Below are positions 1 through 9,649 of a stretch of DNA of 64,000 bases, one piece after another (positions within the stretch are counted from its first letter, which is position 1; every line of letters starts with the position of its first letter). The position numbers and the translations under genes are program-made. Source of the stretch: a virus; the UHGV virus genome UHGV-0240017. One strand, given 5' to 3'. The notes beneath the pieces were generated by a model. The model was not told the DNA's origin, ran no database searches, and was given only the letters and a program-made list of their open reading frames with translations.

Positions 1-1139
1 TGTTTCAGTGTATCCGGCTCCTCTGCCTGAGTATTGAAATATTGCAGTAGGCGCTCAGACATTTTACGGATGCGGAACACCTCATCGATCGTACGCTTCA
101 GCATTTCTTCCGGATCGTCAATATCGCGAATATCTTCGATACCATCGATTGCCTGGCGGGTGGCAGTATAAAATTCTTGAAGGTAAGTTTTGCTCGAGTC
201 CGTACTTACCATCGGGAACAATTTATACTCACTTTCGGTTTTCACCATCACGTCCGCTTCATCATAGACGCAATAATCGATGTCTTTATTATCGATGATT
301 TCGTCAACCTTTTCTGACCAATTGTGATGGCTAGAATACGGTGAATTTTTGATGCGTTCGTTAAGTTCTTTTGGCGTAAGAATGTTTTTCTTAATCTGTT
401 CTCTAAGTTCGTGATCTAAATAGTCTTCCACAATTTCTACCCGGAAATGATCGATGATAGGTTTATTGTAACGTTCGACAAGTTCTTCGATAGTTTTCTC
501 GTCGAGCTCACGCGGCTTGTTAGCTTCCACCATAGAGTGCGAAACAGTCGGTTGTGGCTGTGCCTGTTGCACGGGTTGTTGTGCAGGCTGTTGTGCAGGC
601 TGACCGAAGTTACCTTGCGGTTGCGCTGATTGCTTCTGTGCCGCTGTACGCGGATCGTAAGTTGACATTGGGATAGAACCCCCTTCTACCGCTGTTGCTG
701 GTCGTGGGCTACCGTGGCCACTGCCTGTAAAGCTAGACGCGGGCATCGCTAAGCTCGGCGAAGCGGGCATTGTTGGGCCAGCGAAAGAGCTCGAATGTCC
801 CATAAGCTGTTTAGCTTGTACCGCATACTGATTCGCCGTACGGAATTCCTGTTCCAGCTGGCTGTGAATACGCGGGTCCAATGGCTGCATACCACGCCCC
901 AGTAAGTCACTATACAGCGTCGATTTAAATGTTGCCAGAATCGCCGATGCAGTTTCGTTATCTGGAAGACGGTTGTATACAAACCACGTGGCGACGGTAA
1001 CGGCATTATCCATGTATTTGTCGTCATTCATTCCGGCAGCACGTGCTTGATTACAAAGGTATGATAAAAGTTCGTCGCGGCCACTAGAGATTGTGCTATA
1101 GATGTGGTTACGAATTGCGTCTTTATTGACAGTTGCCAT
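1..1139 (-). CDS. hypothetical protein, N-terminal ~379 codons only (gene runs past the window start); Gln/Pro/Ala/Ser-rich low-complexity middle
   Basis: ATG at 1139 with AGGAG 7 nt upstream; frame checked open at 1-120, 601-660 and 1000-1139; absent from ORF track because no in-window stop; track ORF 749..1027 is in another frame. Confidence 0.5.
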   Translation of the reverse strand, partial: MATVNKDAIRNHIYSTISSGRDELLSYLCNQARAAGMNDDKYMDNAVTVATWFVYNRLPDNETASAILATFKSTLYSDLLGRGMQPLDPRIHSQLEQEFRTANQYAVQAKQLMGHSSSFAGPTMPASPSLAMPASSFTGSGHGSPRPATAVEGGSIPMSTYDPRTAAQKQSAQPQGNFGQPAQQPAQQPVQQAQPQPTVSHSMVEANKPRELDEKTIEELVERYNKPIIDHFRVEIVEDYLDHELREQIKKNILTPKELNERIKNSPYSSHHNWSEKVDEIIDNKDIDYCVYDEADVMVKTESEYKLFPMVSTDSSKTYLQEFYTATRQAIDGIEDIRDIDDPEEMLKRTIDEVFRIRKMSERLLQYFNTQAEEPDTLK

Positions 1140-1178
1140 TATTATACTCCTGTTACGTCTTTTCTATAATTTAATTCG

Positions 1179-2954
1179 TTAACGGCCAATCTTCGCAATG
1201 TCTTCTTCAGTTGCTTGGATCAAGTCGTTGAGTTTTGGATTACGTACCATCACCAGTTGGGTATTCGTCTTCATATACGGATTGAGGATGCCCGATTTGA
1301 ACGGTGATGATTTCGGAATGTAATACACGTTACCACATTCCAGATGAGATGCAGAGGCATGTTTTGTCCGGTCGTTAAGGTTAACCGTCTTACCGCCCTT
1401 ACTGCTACGTTTTGATTCTGTTTCTGTCTGGCTGATAGCATGGGTTGAAACCCCCAGCACCATAGACTCTGTAGAAGCGTTGAAATAACTTACACCGCCG
1501 TTACCGGTAATGTTGCGCAATACCAGGCTGGTTACAATGTCTTTATTCAACGCACTGCGTATCATGTTCGCACAAGACTCCGGTGTTCTATTCTCCGTTT
1601 GTCCCAAGTGAAAACGAATCGCAGCAATGGTAGGTGTAAAGCCACGTTCACCCAATAACAGGTAATCTGTTACGGTCAGACGTTTTCCATACATTGACGG
1701 AATATCACCTTGTTTCGTGAGGCGTGTTCTCACCATCAACTTCGTCGCGTACCAGAAGAAATCAAACATATCCATATCGTCCGGGATATCGGGATCTGAC
1801 ATCATTAACTCGCCACGGAATGTTGAGTTAACGTAGCGTTCACACTCCGTATAGTGTTTCGTCATGCTGTGTGCCAGTTCAATATCTGACGGTTTAAGTC
1901 CAACAATACTTCTCCCCAAAATCTCCCGCCAAATTGCGGAGGAATTCAGGTTTAGAACATCGTCCTCCATTGCAAGTTCGTTAATAGCGGTAAACAACGG
2001 CGGTAAAGGAACAACGTTGCCGTTTTTAATCGCTTGCTTTCCGCAATAATAGTGCGCTGCTTTAAAGAATGCAGAAATCGCCACGAGTAATAAGTGCTCG
2101 TTTTGATCCCATCCCGCTTTATCGAGATTCGGTAAAGCCTCTGCAGGAACCGTCACTACGTACATAATCGACCGATTATGTTTAGGCTCACCTGAACCGA
2201 TTACTACTTTTTTATCGAGATCGATTTCAGGTACTTTGAATGCAGGATATATCTCCACATCCACGCCAGTATAACGTTTGATGGCTTCCTTAAATCCATA
2301 ACGTCCGAATAGCCAGTACATTAACGGCTTTTCGTCCGTGTCAGGATGTGTGGCGTTTTTGGCTTTAAACAGATTGTTTGTTCCTGGCAAGAACAACTCT
2401 TCTTTCTTCCCATTCACTAAAATACGTACCGGGTGCTTACAGAATTTTAGTGACGCTTTACGTTTAAAGTCAAAATTAACAAACACCCCACCGTGCTCAC
2501 GACAGATACCCGGCTGATGAATAACAGGTGCAACGTGATATGTTGTTCCGTAATAGTTCATCAACCCACCACGACGAATGAAAGGCAAGTTAATCGGTCT
2601 TGAGATCGGCCTTGAGTCGCCAGGAATACGGAACGACGACATGACCATATACGCATCGGTATTCGCTATAGACATCACACCACGACGCTTATCCATCCTG
2701 CTGCTCTCTGAACGAGACAGCTTATAGATAAAAGTTTCGAACGGCGACATTAAACGAACACCCAACACGGCCAAGCCTTCAGGAACACGAGGGTTCTCTA
2801 CAGGATGGTAATCTAGCTCACGTTTCAAGATTCGATGAACGCGATCATGAATACCATCTTTGGCTTGCGTATAACCGACTCCTTCCGCAATCGCACGGTT
2901 AAAGGGTACTATTTTACCACTCTCTTTAAGCTTTTTGATTGCATCTTTAAACAC
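1179..2954 (-). CDS. hypothetical protein (591 aa)
   Basis: Long ORF; GTG start 6 nt after AAGGAG; packed directly after upstream gene. Confidence 0.7.
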   Translation of the reverse strand: MFKDAIKKLKESGKIVPFNRAIAEGVGYTQAKDGIHDRVHRILKRELDYHPVENPRVPEGLAVLGVRLMSPFETFIYKLSRSESSRMDKRRGVMSIANTDAYMVMSSFRIPGDSRPISRPINLPFIRRGGLMNYYGTTYHVAPVIHQPGICREHGGVFVNFDFKRKASLKFCKHPVRILVNGKKEELFLPGTNNLFKAKNATHPDTDEKPLMYWLFGRYGFKEAIKRYTGVDVEIYPAFKVPEIDLDKKVVIGSGEPKHNRSIMYVVTVPAEALPNLDKAGWDQNEHLLLVAISAFFKAAHYYCGKQAIKNGNVVPLPPLFTAINELAMEDDVLNLNSSAIWREILGRSIVGLKPSDIELAHSMTKHYTECERYVNSTFRGELMMSDPDIPDDMDMFDFFWYATKLMVRTRLTKQGDIPSMYGKRLTVTDYLLLGERGFTPTIAAIRFHLGQTENRTPESCANMIRSALNKDIVTSLVLRNITGNGGVSYFNASTESMVLGVSTHAISQTETESKRSSKGGKTVNLNDRTKHASASHLECGNVYYIPKSSPFKSGILNPYMKTNTQLVMVRNPKLNDLIQATEEDIAKIGR

Positions 2955-2964
2955 GCCATGCTCC

Positions 2965-3975
2965 TTACGTTAGCATCCCTATAAATGCGACACCCGCCGC
3001 CAAATACGCAGGGACAGATTTAAATAGGTCTGAGCCGTCCTTACGAATGTAAGAACGCGTCTCGTAGAATTCTTTACGCGCCTCAGCCCGTGACTTCGCT
3101 TCCAATTCCTGTTGCTTGAATGCTAAAGTCAATCGCTCCTTTTCTAAAGCCATGCTCTGTAGTTGTTTCTTGTGTTCCAATTCTAGCTTGTCTTTTGCCG
3201 AATCCAAGCTTTCTAATTTTTCTTTGTACTGCTCCTCTAAACGCTGCTTAATCTCAAAGAGACCGGGAACCGCTTCTTGCCATCGAAACGCGTCAGCCGC
3301 TGCCTCATCCTTAAATAATCTAAACGGTGAAGTAATGTCGTCAAATTCAAAATGAATCATTCGACTGCCTTCCACCCTCGTTCCACCTCCTATTATCATG
3401 TAAACGCCCGGTTCATAATAGCGTGACGTTATTGGTTCGATTTTCATTTTCGTACCGTAGAAACGTAGCCACCGATAATTGTCAGGCTCGTCGTAGCGCT
3501 GCACAACAACAACACCCAATGTAAATTCAGTGCGCTCACCTCCAGGGCGCATAGTTGGGGGTTTACTATCTAAGCGTATCGGTGTTGTTGAGAAAGCAAA
3601 GCCTAATTGCTTTAGTACAACCAAATCTCCTCGCAGCAACGCACCAACATCGTTTACTGCATACTCTAACGTTACCTCCCCTTTTTCTTTCAATTGGTCG
3701 CAAAAGCGAGAAAACTGTTTTCCCGGCATCAGTTCAGCAAACCCATTGAGATTCGCACATCTTCCGTATGATTGATACGTCACGTAAACGATAACCCCAT
3801 GCTCATCAGCGGGGTTTTTCGAAGCATTTAAAATAAAGCTACCGCCACTGGTTTCAGTGACGTGGATAGGCACGCCAGTGTTATTTTCAAACGTAACAAG
3901 TTTCCTCAATCCAGACGTTTGACATAACGAGCGTTCAGAGATACTGGGCACCACATCAATATCAAGACGTTTCAT
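2965..3975 (-). CDS. hypothetical protein with C-terminal coiled coil and hydrophobic C-terminal anchor
   Basis: ATG start; C-terminal ~90 aa rich in heptad-like E/K/L/Q, ending in hydrophobic VPAYLAAGVAFIGMLT. Confidence 0.65.
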   Translation of the reverse strand: MKRLDIDVVPSISERSLCQTSGLRKLVTFENNTGVPIHVTETSGGSFILNASKNPADEHGVIVYVTYQSYGRCANLNGFAELMPGKQFSRFCDQLKEKGEVTLEYAVNDVGALLRGDLVVLKQLGFAFSTTPIRLDSKPPTMRPGGERTEFTLGVVVVQRYDEPDNYRWLRFYGTKMKIEPITSRYYEPGVYMIIGGGTRVEGSRMIHFEFDDITSPFRLFKDEAAADAFRWQEAVPGLFEIKQRLEEQYKEKLESLDSAKDKLELEHKKQLQSMALEKERLTLAFKQQELEAKSRAEARKEFYETRSYIRKDGSDLFKSVPAYLAAGVAFIGMLT

Positions 3976-4072
3976 GGGAACCCAAGCTAAATTTTAATGA
4001 TGACACATATCTTTAGTTTAAACTGTATTTTTTCCATACATACTCCTTTAAAACCAACTGGCCGTCTCCCTT

Positions 4073-4087
4073 TAATAATATCTATCC
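4073..4087 (-). promoter_or_regulatory. weak copy of the ATAATATCTA promoter-like motif upstream of 2965..3975
   Basis: TAATAATATCTATCC between the 4158..6452 terminator and the next minus-strand gene; resembles the 10953 and 19208 motifs. Confidence 0.3.
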
Positions 4088-4100
4088 AAAAAATAATAGA

Positions 4101-4150
4101 AAGAAAAAAAAATAAAAGGTCTAAGCCCCGAAGGGCTTAGACTCTTTTTA
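4101..4150. terminator. intrinsic terminator (A-tract, TCTAAGCCC-CGAA-GGGCTTAGA hairpin, T-tract) after the 764-aa structural gene
   Basis: Perfect 9-bp GC-rich stem with flanking A and T runs, directly 3' of the 4158 stop. Confidence 0.8.
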
Positions 4151-4157
4151 AGCAAGA

Positions 4158-6452
4158 TTACTTACCAGCAGCAGCTTTGCCTTCGCCAGCAACGTTACCT
4201 GCTACACCACCTTCGGTTTGTTTCTGACCGTTCTGTTCAACAGAAACATTGTAAGCCAGTTTTTCTTCAACCAGTTTGGTGATGCCTTTAACCCAGATCA
4301 GACCAGTGATCGGGCAGTGGCAGATGTGCGCGTTGCGCGGCTGTACGGCCAGCTCTTTAGAGGTAGAACCGTTACGCTGAATGTTGATGTTAGTAACCAT
4401 GATCGGAGACCAGAAGTGGTTACCCCAGTTCAGCACGTTGTAGGAACCATCGTCCGCAGTCGGAACTTTCAGGAACCATTGCAGACGACGAGTCCAGGAA
4501 CCGTCAGCTGCGTTGTAGATACGCCAGCGGTCATCGTTGGTGGTGATCACTTCGTATTCGTAGCGATCGCCCAGCAGACGTTGGTCACCTTGTACCAGCA
4601 GCAGCATGGATGCAGTCGGTTCGTCGGTTGCAATAACAACCTTCGGCAGAATGTCCGGATCGGCAGTGTACAGACGCAGCGCAGGAATGAAGCGAGATTC
4701 CTGGATAGCCTGAGTTACCTGATTACCGATACGCTGTACCAGGCCCTGACGAGCGTTGATCAGTGCATCTTTGGTATCCAGGGACTGTACAACTTTATCA
4801 ACGTTGTAGTCAGACTCTTTGAACCACGGAGCAACCCAGTGACGGCCCAGGCCACGAATGGCCGGTTTGTCCCACGGAGTGATCATGCTTGCAGCAGCGT
4901 TACGTACCGCTTCGGTGTAAGACAGCGTCTGAGTGATAGCCAGCTGTTCGTTACGGATGTTAACTGCGGAAATCAGGTCGTCCAGACGTTCGGTATCGTC
5001 GTATTCAACGCCAACCGGAGACTTGGTCAGAATCGGAGAACCGTATTGCAGCTTGTAGTTTTCTTGTTCCCAGATTGGGTCGAGCAGCAGACCCTGGGTA
5101 CGACGGTTTTCGTTGGTACGAGTACCATCGAAGCGCCAGCCGATCAGTTCAAGTTTCAGATTTTCCAGGACAGCTTTGCCGGTACCAGTCTTGATATCAA
5201 CTTTGTTACCGGTAGCGTCGTACAGACCTTCGATTTCCAGTTTGTGACCAGCAATGTCAACTTTACCACCGAACTGACCGGTAGTGAACAGAGACATGTT
5301 GATGGTGATCACGTAACGCAGAGTGTAGGAGTTCTGTTCCAGTGTTTTCAGAGCCGGAATAGCTTCGCCTTTCCAGTCGGTAGTTTTCGCGTTCAGAGAG
5401 AACGCAGTACGACGGAATTGCAGTACCAGCTCACGGCCATCACCTTCAGCAGGACGCTGGAAGGTTGCGAACTGCATGTCACGAACGTGCAGTTTAATGA
5501 ATTTACCTGCTTTTGCATCTTCAGCCGCTTTACGTACGGAAATCAGCAGGCTGCCCAGAGCACAACCCGGCGCGATTTCATCAGTTTCGTCGTAACCTTC
5601 GATGACGATACCCGGATGCGCAGACAGCTGGAACAGGTTCAGAGTGTCTTTAGCAAAACTCAGGTAGTTAGTCGGGTACGGAGGTACACGGCCCAGGCGA
5701 ACAGATTCGTTCGGTACCAGATCTTCGCTTACGAAGTATTCCGCGTTTTCACCGGTTTCCATTACGTAAGGAACGATGTTGATCGCTTCGTCCTGGAGAA
5801 CGGTGTGGTCAGTCAGCGCTTCGTGCAGGTTACGACGATGATCTTCAACAACATCTTTGCTCAGCAGTGCGTTCATTACACCACGAGAAACGGTGGTCAC
5901 TTTGGTACGTACGGTAATACCAACATCGTTGGTGTCAACAGTGATGGTCGGGAACAGAGTCTCAGCGAAACGAGACTGGGTTTCCAGAGCACGTACGTTC
6001 AGCGTCCAGGTCAGACCCAGGTTTTTGTCGTAGTCTTTGTTGGTGTAGTATTCCTGAGCGACAACCATACGCTCTTTGCCCCAGTCGCCGTTACCAGCTT
6101 GGGAACCAGGAATCGCAACGTCCAGGTTAAAACGGCTATGGAATTCTGGCTTAGCGTATTCTTGCGCTACTTTTTCTTGCAGGTCCATACCGTGACCAGC
6201 AGCACCCAGAATCATTGCAGAAGCAACTTCCGCAGCGTGGGACATTTTCTTACCGCCAGCAAACGCGTTTGCGTAGTGCTGTGCAGCATCGTCACGCAGG
6301 GTACCAAAAACTTTCGTGTTGCTACGTACAGACTCACCAGCAACGATGGTGTTCCACATTTCGCCAGCAGTGTTGTTACTAATGACGCTTTGTACCAGCG
6401 AGTTACCAGCTTGTACGAGTTTCTCCAGATTAGAGATTCGGGTATCTTTCAT
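4158..6452 (-). CDS. highly expressed major virion structural protein, probably major capsid protein (764 aa)
   Basis: AAGGT Shine-Dalgarno and ATG; antisense strand stop-free over the whole gene (strong codon bias); size matches phiKZ-type capsid proteins (~750 aa, from memory); strong terminator. Confidence 0.6.
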   Translation of the reverse strand: MKDTRISNLEKLVQAGNSLVQSVISNNTAGEMWNTIVAGESVRSNTKVFGTLRDDAAQHYANAFAGGKKMSHAAEVASAMILGAAGHGMDLQEKVAQEYAKPEFHSRFNLDVAIPGSQAGNGDWGKERMVVAQEYYTNKDYDKNLGLTWTLNVRALETQSRFAETLFPTITVDTNDVGITVRTKVTTVSRGVMNALLSKDVVEDHRRNLHEALTDHTVLQDEAINIVPYVMETGENAEYFVSEDLVPNESVRLGRVPPYPTNYLSFAKDTLNLFQLSAHPGIVIEGYDETDEIAPGCALGSLLISVRKAAEDAKAGKFIKLHVRDMQFATFQRPAEGDGRELVLQFRRTAFSLNAKTTDWKGEAIPALKTLEQNSYTLRYVITINMSLFTTGQFGGKVDIAGHKLEIEGLYDATGNKVDIKTGTGKAVLENLKLELIGWRFDGTRTNENRRTQGLLLDPIWEQENYKLQYGSPILTKSPVGVEYDDTERLDDLISAVNIRNEQLAITQTLSYTEAVRNAAASMITPWDKPAIRGLGRHWVAPWFKESDYNVDKVVQSLDTKDALINARQGLVQRIGNQVTQAIQESRFIPALRLYTADPDILPKVVIATDEPTASMLLLVQGDQRLLGDRYEYEVITTNDDRWRIYNAADGSWTRRLQWFLKVPTADDGSYNVLNWGNHFWSPIMVTNINIQRNGSTSKELAVQPRNAHICHCPITGLIWVKGITKLVEEKLAYNVSVEQNGQKQTEGGVAGNVAGEGKAAAGK

Positions 6453-6464
6453 TTGTTTAATACC

Positions 6465-6989
6465 TTAATGAGATAAATGACATGCGTATAATTGCGTCAG
6501 CACTTCGTTAGCGGCAAACTGCGTTGAGGTACTGAAGCAGTCATCCACGACGCGAGTCTTGGTACGCATATATTTAAAAAGTTCTGCGCAGAACATCTTT
6601 TTCGCAGCGTGGTCTTCACCCGAAGAAAAACCCGAACCGGACTTCGCTTCTGCAAATGACGCCACAATCGTATCACCACGTTGAGTAAACACCCAACGTA
6701 CGCGACAAGGAATTGTTTCCCCATATAAATCGTCAAGGGAAACCTTTTCGCCTGATTCGACCAGACGTAACACCTGATCATAATATTTACCTGGAAGCAC
6801 AGGCGGAGCCATCAGTGCTTTATAAATAGCAGAACGACTTACTTCAGGTAAGATAATAGAACTGAAACCATTCGGACAGTCATATAACCAGTTAAAGAAC
6901 CCTGCCTGGAGCAATTCTATACTTTTAACGGCAGCGCCTTTATCTATGTTAGGTTGAACTTCCCACGGTGGACTAAAACGAATTTGCAT
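6465..6989 (-). CDS. hypothetical protein (174 aa)
   Basis: ATG with GGAG upstream; ends 13 nt before next gene start. Confidence 0.6.
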   Translation of the reverse strand: MQIRFSPPWEVQPNIDKGAAVKSIELLQAGFFNWLYDCPNGFSSIILPEVSRSAIYKALMAPPVLPGKYYDQVLRLVESGEKVSLDDLYGETIPCRVRWVFTQRGDTIVASFAEAKSGSGFSSGEDHAAKKMFCAELFKYMRTKTRVVDDCFSTSTQFAANEVLTQLYACHLSH

Positions 6990-7002
6990 TTAAGGATGCT
7001 CC

Positions 7003-8565
7003 ATGAATAACAAAATGATGTTGATAACCGCCTTAGCCACATTATACGCTGAAAGTCTTCTGACCGATCCTGAAAAGGACCACGACATCATAAGAAAAGT
7101 GCTGTTAGAGGCTAAGCTTCCTGATTACGCAGAAGAAGGTGACGAACGTGCCGCCCTCGTCGAAATCAAGGATATCATCACATCCATCATAGACGGCGGT
7201 ATGCCTTACGACCACACAAACGTCATGAAACGTTTGAAACTGGCCACTACGCAAATACGTCCTCTATACGATACGATTACCAAATTCCTGGAAGATGATA
7301 TTCCAGAAGAACCAGAAGCACGCATCGAGCATCTTAATCGCCAAGTAGCACAATACTACTTTCAGTTACGTCAAGCTATTCAAGGCGTACAACTGAAACA
7401 AAAATTGGGTCGTACGTTAGGCGCACTGAACGGCACTGAAACGCGTGTTGATTTACAAACGGCGCTCAACGACCTTAAGGATACCTTATCCACGTTCAGT
7501 GAACGCTCTCATAATAAGATTCCTTCTCTGGTAGGGGAATTGATTACTGACAATAAAGCACCCTTCGTACATGTATTCGACTCTATCAGTAAGAAAGCGG
7601 CAGGGAACGGGTTGCGTACGGGCTGGAAAGCAATTAACCAAATGCTCGGTTGTAACAAAGGGATCACTGAAGAACTCTGGCTAATGCCTGCACTGCCCTT
7701 TAACTGTAAGTCATTATTCAGTTTATTGCTCTCTATTAGCATTCCTGTATTCAACACTCCAGAAAAGGTGATGGCGAATGTTAAAGGTGACTTACAACCG
7801 GTTATTCTGGATTTAAGTTTAGAAAACGAATTAGATGTTAACTTGGCTTACGCGTATCAAGCACTTTACGGACACTTTGAAGGTACAGCTCCGGTAATGG
7901 TTGCACCTGAAACAGCAACTGACGAAGAAAAAGCGCTACACAATGCACAAATGTCAGATTACCTCTGTAGTAAAATGCGGGCAAACGGTTGGGAGTATAT
8001 TTTCCAAAAACACACAAACTCCGATTTTAAAATTCACTATTTGAATGATTTGATTTTAGATTTAAAACGTCGAGGTTATCATGTAGCTGGAATACGCGGA
8101 GACTATTTCGGTACTATCAGCAAAGCAGGGCACGGTAACGGTATTGCGGGTAGCGACATTAAAGAAATTTATCGTATCGCGCGAAACATCCAAGTGGTAC
8201 GTAATCGTGGTTTCCTCTTAGCACCACACCAAATCTCACCTGAAGGCAAAAAATTAAAAGCACTCGACCCAGCAAGTTTCTGTAAGAGCTTACCTGGTCG
8301 TGGTCTTTACGACAACTGCTCTAGCTTAGACAACGAAGCTGACGGTGAGATGTATTTTAACAAACGTGTCGTCAGCGGACACAGCTATTTAGAAGTACAA
8401 CGCGGTAAACACCGTACCATTATTGACACCAAAGAAGCTTATCATTATACTGTAATACCTTTCCGTGATGTTGGCATTTTGCCTTGGGATTGTGATAAAG
8501 AAGAAACTGTAACAGCCTCGTCGATTAACGTATTTACCGGCGGCATGGGTGACGAACTCTTTTGA
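7003..8565 (+). CDS. DnaB-like (RecA-fold) helicase-family protein with degenerate Walker A
   Basis: GLRTGWKAINQMLG...ALPFNCKS resembles DnaB GVPTGFTDLD...ARPSMGKT but P-loop reads NCKS; VILDLSL Walker-B-like; lone plus-strand gene with AAGGA SD. Confidence 0.45.
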   Translation: MNNKMMLITALATLYAESLLTDPEKDHDIIRKVLLEAKLPDYAEEGDERAALVEIKDIITSIIDGGMPYDHTNVMKRLKLATTQIRPLYDTITKFLEDDIPEEPEARIEHLNRQVAQYYFQLRQAIQGVQLKQKLGRTLGALNGTETRVDLQTALNDLKDTLSTFSERSHNKIPSLVGELITDNKAPFVHVFDSISKKAAGNGLRTGWKAINQMLGCNKGITEELWLMPALPFNCKSLFSLLLSISIPVFNTPEKVMANVKGDLQPVILDLSLENELDVNLAYAYQALYGHFEGTAPVMVAPETATDEEKALHNAQMSDYLCSKMRANGWEYIFQKHTNSDFKIHYLNDLILDLKRRGYHVAGIRGDYFGTISKAGHGNGIAGSDIKEIYRIARNIQVVRNRGFLLAPHQISPEGKKLKALDPASFCKSLPGRGLYDNCSSLDNEADGEMYFNKRVVSGHSYLEVQRGKHRTIIDTKEAYHYTVIPFRDVGILPWDCDKEETVTASSINVFTGGMGDELF

Positions 8566-8670
8566 GTCTGGGGAGCTTCGGCTCCCCCTATAACCCCTTA
8601 TGCGTCTCGAAAAGCAAAAAAAAACAGAAGACTATTAATTATGAACGGAAAACAACTACCGAACTAAGCA

Positions 8671-8697
8671 GGGGGTGGTAGCAACACCCCCTTTATT
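8671..8697 (+). terminator. plus-strand intrinsic terminator (GGGGGTG-GTAGCAA-CACCCCC then TTTATT)
   Basis: 7-bp GC stem followed by T-run, about 100 nt after the 7003..8565 stop. Confidence 0.55.
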
Positions 8698-8707
8698 AGT
8701 TAGTAAC

Positions 8708-8869
8708 TTATCTCCTTACAGGTGGTTGGTGAACATTGTGGTTGTTAACCGTTTTCGGTGCCGCAACGAGGCCGAGACGAACATATTCGTCCATGCGTTG
8801 GTTAAACTGAATTTGTTTCTCACGATTTCGCATCGCGGTATTGAACATCTGTATTTGATATTCGTTCAT
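8708..8869 (-). CDS. small basic protein, paralog 1 of a triplicated family (53 aa)
   Basis: ATG 7 nt after AAGGT; N-terminal half similar to paralogs 2 and 3. Confidence 0.5.
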   Translation of the reverse strand: MNEYQIQMFNTAMRNREKQIQFNQRMDEYVRLGLVAAPKTVNNHNVHQPPVRR

Positions 8870-8927
8870 TTTCATTACCTTTTGTAATGTTGTAAAAACG
8901 TCAACAACTTTATGCGTTGACACCGTA

Positions 8928-9020
8928 CAGTAGAGACTGGTGGAACAGCCTCTACTGCTTTAACTTCTCTTTGGAAAAGTTAAAGCTAAGAAAAGGGGTG
9001 GTGGTGCACCCCTTTTTATT
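8928..9020. repeat. structured repeat unit A: 10-bp stem, 9-bp stem, GC hairpin plus T-run (candidate ncRNA or leader element)
   Basis: CAGTAGAG..CTCTACTG, CTTTAACTT..AAGTTAAAG, GGGGTG..CACCCC TTTTTATT; same architecture as units B and C. Confidence 0.55.
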
Positions 9021-9059
9021 ATACCTACGACCACCATCTCGGCAGGTTACTGTACGAGG

Positions 9060-9091
9060 AGGAGGGGCGTGTCAGCGTCCCTCCTTTATTT
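9060..9091 (+). terminator. plus-oriented hairpin AGGAGGG-N12-CCCTCCT followed by TTTATTT
   Basis: 7-bp stem and T-run; abuts the stop codon of the minus-strand small gene 9093..9266. Confidence 0.4.
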
Positions 9092-9092
9092 G

Positions 9093-9266
9093 TTAGTAGT
9101 GTTCACTCCTCTTTTCAGTGAATATCTGCGTGAAACGGTTGGTAGACGGTTTTAACCGTTTATCCATGCCGAGCTGACTATACTTGTAGATACGTTGCTG
9201 TAAATTGGTCTTTGCTGCACTCTGTTCTGCAAGCATTTTGTCAGTAAAGTAGTAACCATTGTTCAT
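9093..9266 (-). CDS. small basic protein, paralog 2 (57 aa)
   Basis: ATG with AGAGGG SD; shares QLG..KRLKPS.N...QIFTE.RS..Y with paralog 3 using synonymous codons. Confidence 0.55.
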   Translation of the reverse strand: MNNGYYFTDKMLAEQSAAKTNLQQRIYKYSQLGMDKRLKPSTNRFTQIFTEKRSEHY

Positions 9267-9328
9267 GGTAAGCCCTCTTTGTAGGGTGATTAAAGAAATC
9301 CACTACGGAAACGTGGTGGTGCTGTAAA

Positions 9329-9420
9329 GGGTACGCTGGTGCTACAGCGTACCCTGCTTTAACTTCTCTTTTCGAAAAGTTAAAGCTTTGATAAGGGGTG
9401 TGACGCCACCCCTTTATTTT
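9329..9420. repeat. structured repeat unit B (same three-hairpin architecture)
   Basis: GGGTACGCTG..CAGCGTACCC, CTTTAACTT..AAGTTAAAG, GGGGTG..CACCCC TTTATTTT; stem 1 sequence differs from unit A but stays paired. Confidence 0.55.
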
Positions 9421-9422
9421 AT

Positions 9423-9593
9423 TTAGTAGTTACTTCTCCTTTCGGTGAAGATTTGTACTCGAGGATTATTAGAAGGTTTAAGCCTTTTATTTAATCCTAG
9501 CTGTTGAACTTCTCTTAATCGTTCATTAAACCTCGCTTGTTCTGCATAGCTGTTCGAGATAGAAGTAAAGATACGTGTATTGTTGTTAGTCAT
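9423..9593 (-). CDS. small basic protein, paralog 3 (56 aa)
   Basis: ATG with GAGG SD; conserved C-terminal block shared with paralog 2. Confidence 0.55.
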   Translation of the reverse strand: MTNNNTRIFTSISNSYAEQARFNERLREVQQLGLNKRLKPSNNPRVQIFTERRSNY

Positions 9594-9649
9594 GTTAAAA
9601 CCTCACACGAGTTGGGTATTAAGCTATTACGTACCGGTAATAGCGACAA

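Noticed and set aside
749-1027. 92-aa minus-strand ORF from the track
   Set aside because: Lies inside, and out of frame with, the longer open frame that starts at ATG 1139 with a proper AGGAG and continues to the window edge.
4218-6476. 752-aa plus-strand ORF antisense to the major structural gene (similar antisense ORFs at 19283..20593, 20787..21974 and 58076..60025)
   Set aside because: Translations are low-complexity and F/V/T/Q-rich with no start signals; they exist because the sense genes avoid codons whose complements are stops. Treated as codon-bias shadows.
8870-8930. Sigma-70-like promoters (TTGACA near 8907; TTAAAA-17-TATTAA near 9600) for the structured elements
   Set aside because: Matches are weak and inconsistent between the three units; the window otherwise uses a distinct phage-type motif, so host-type promoters are not supported.
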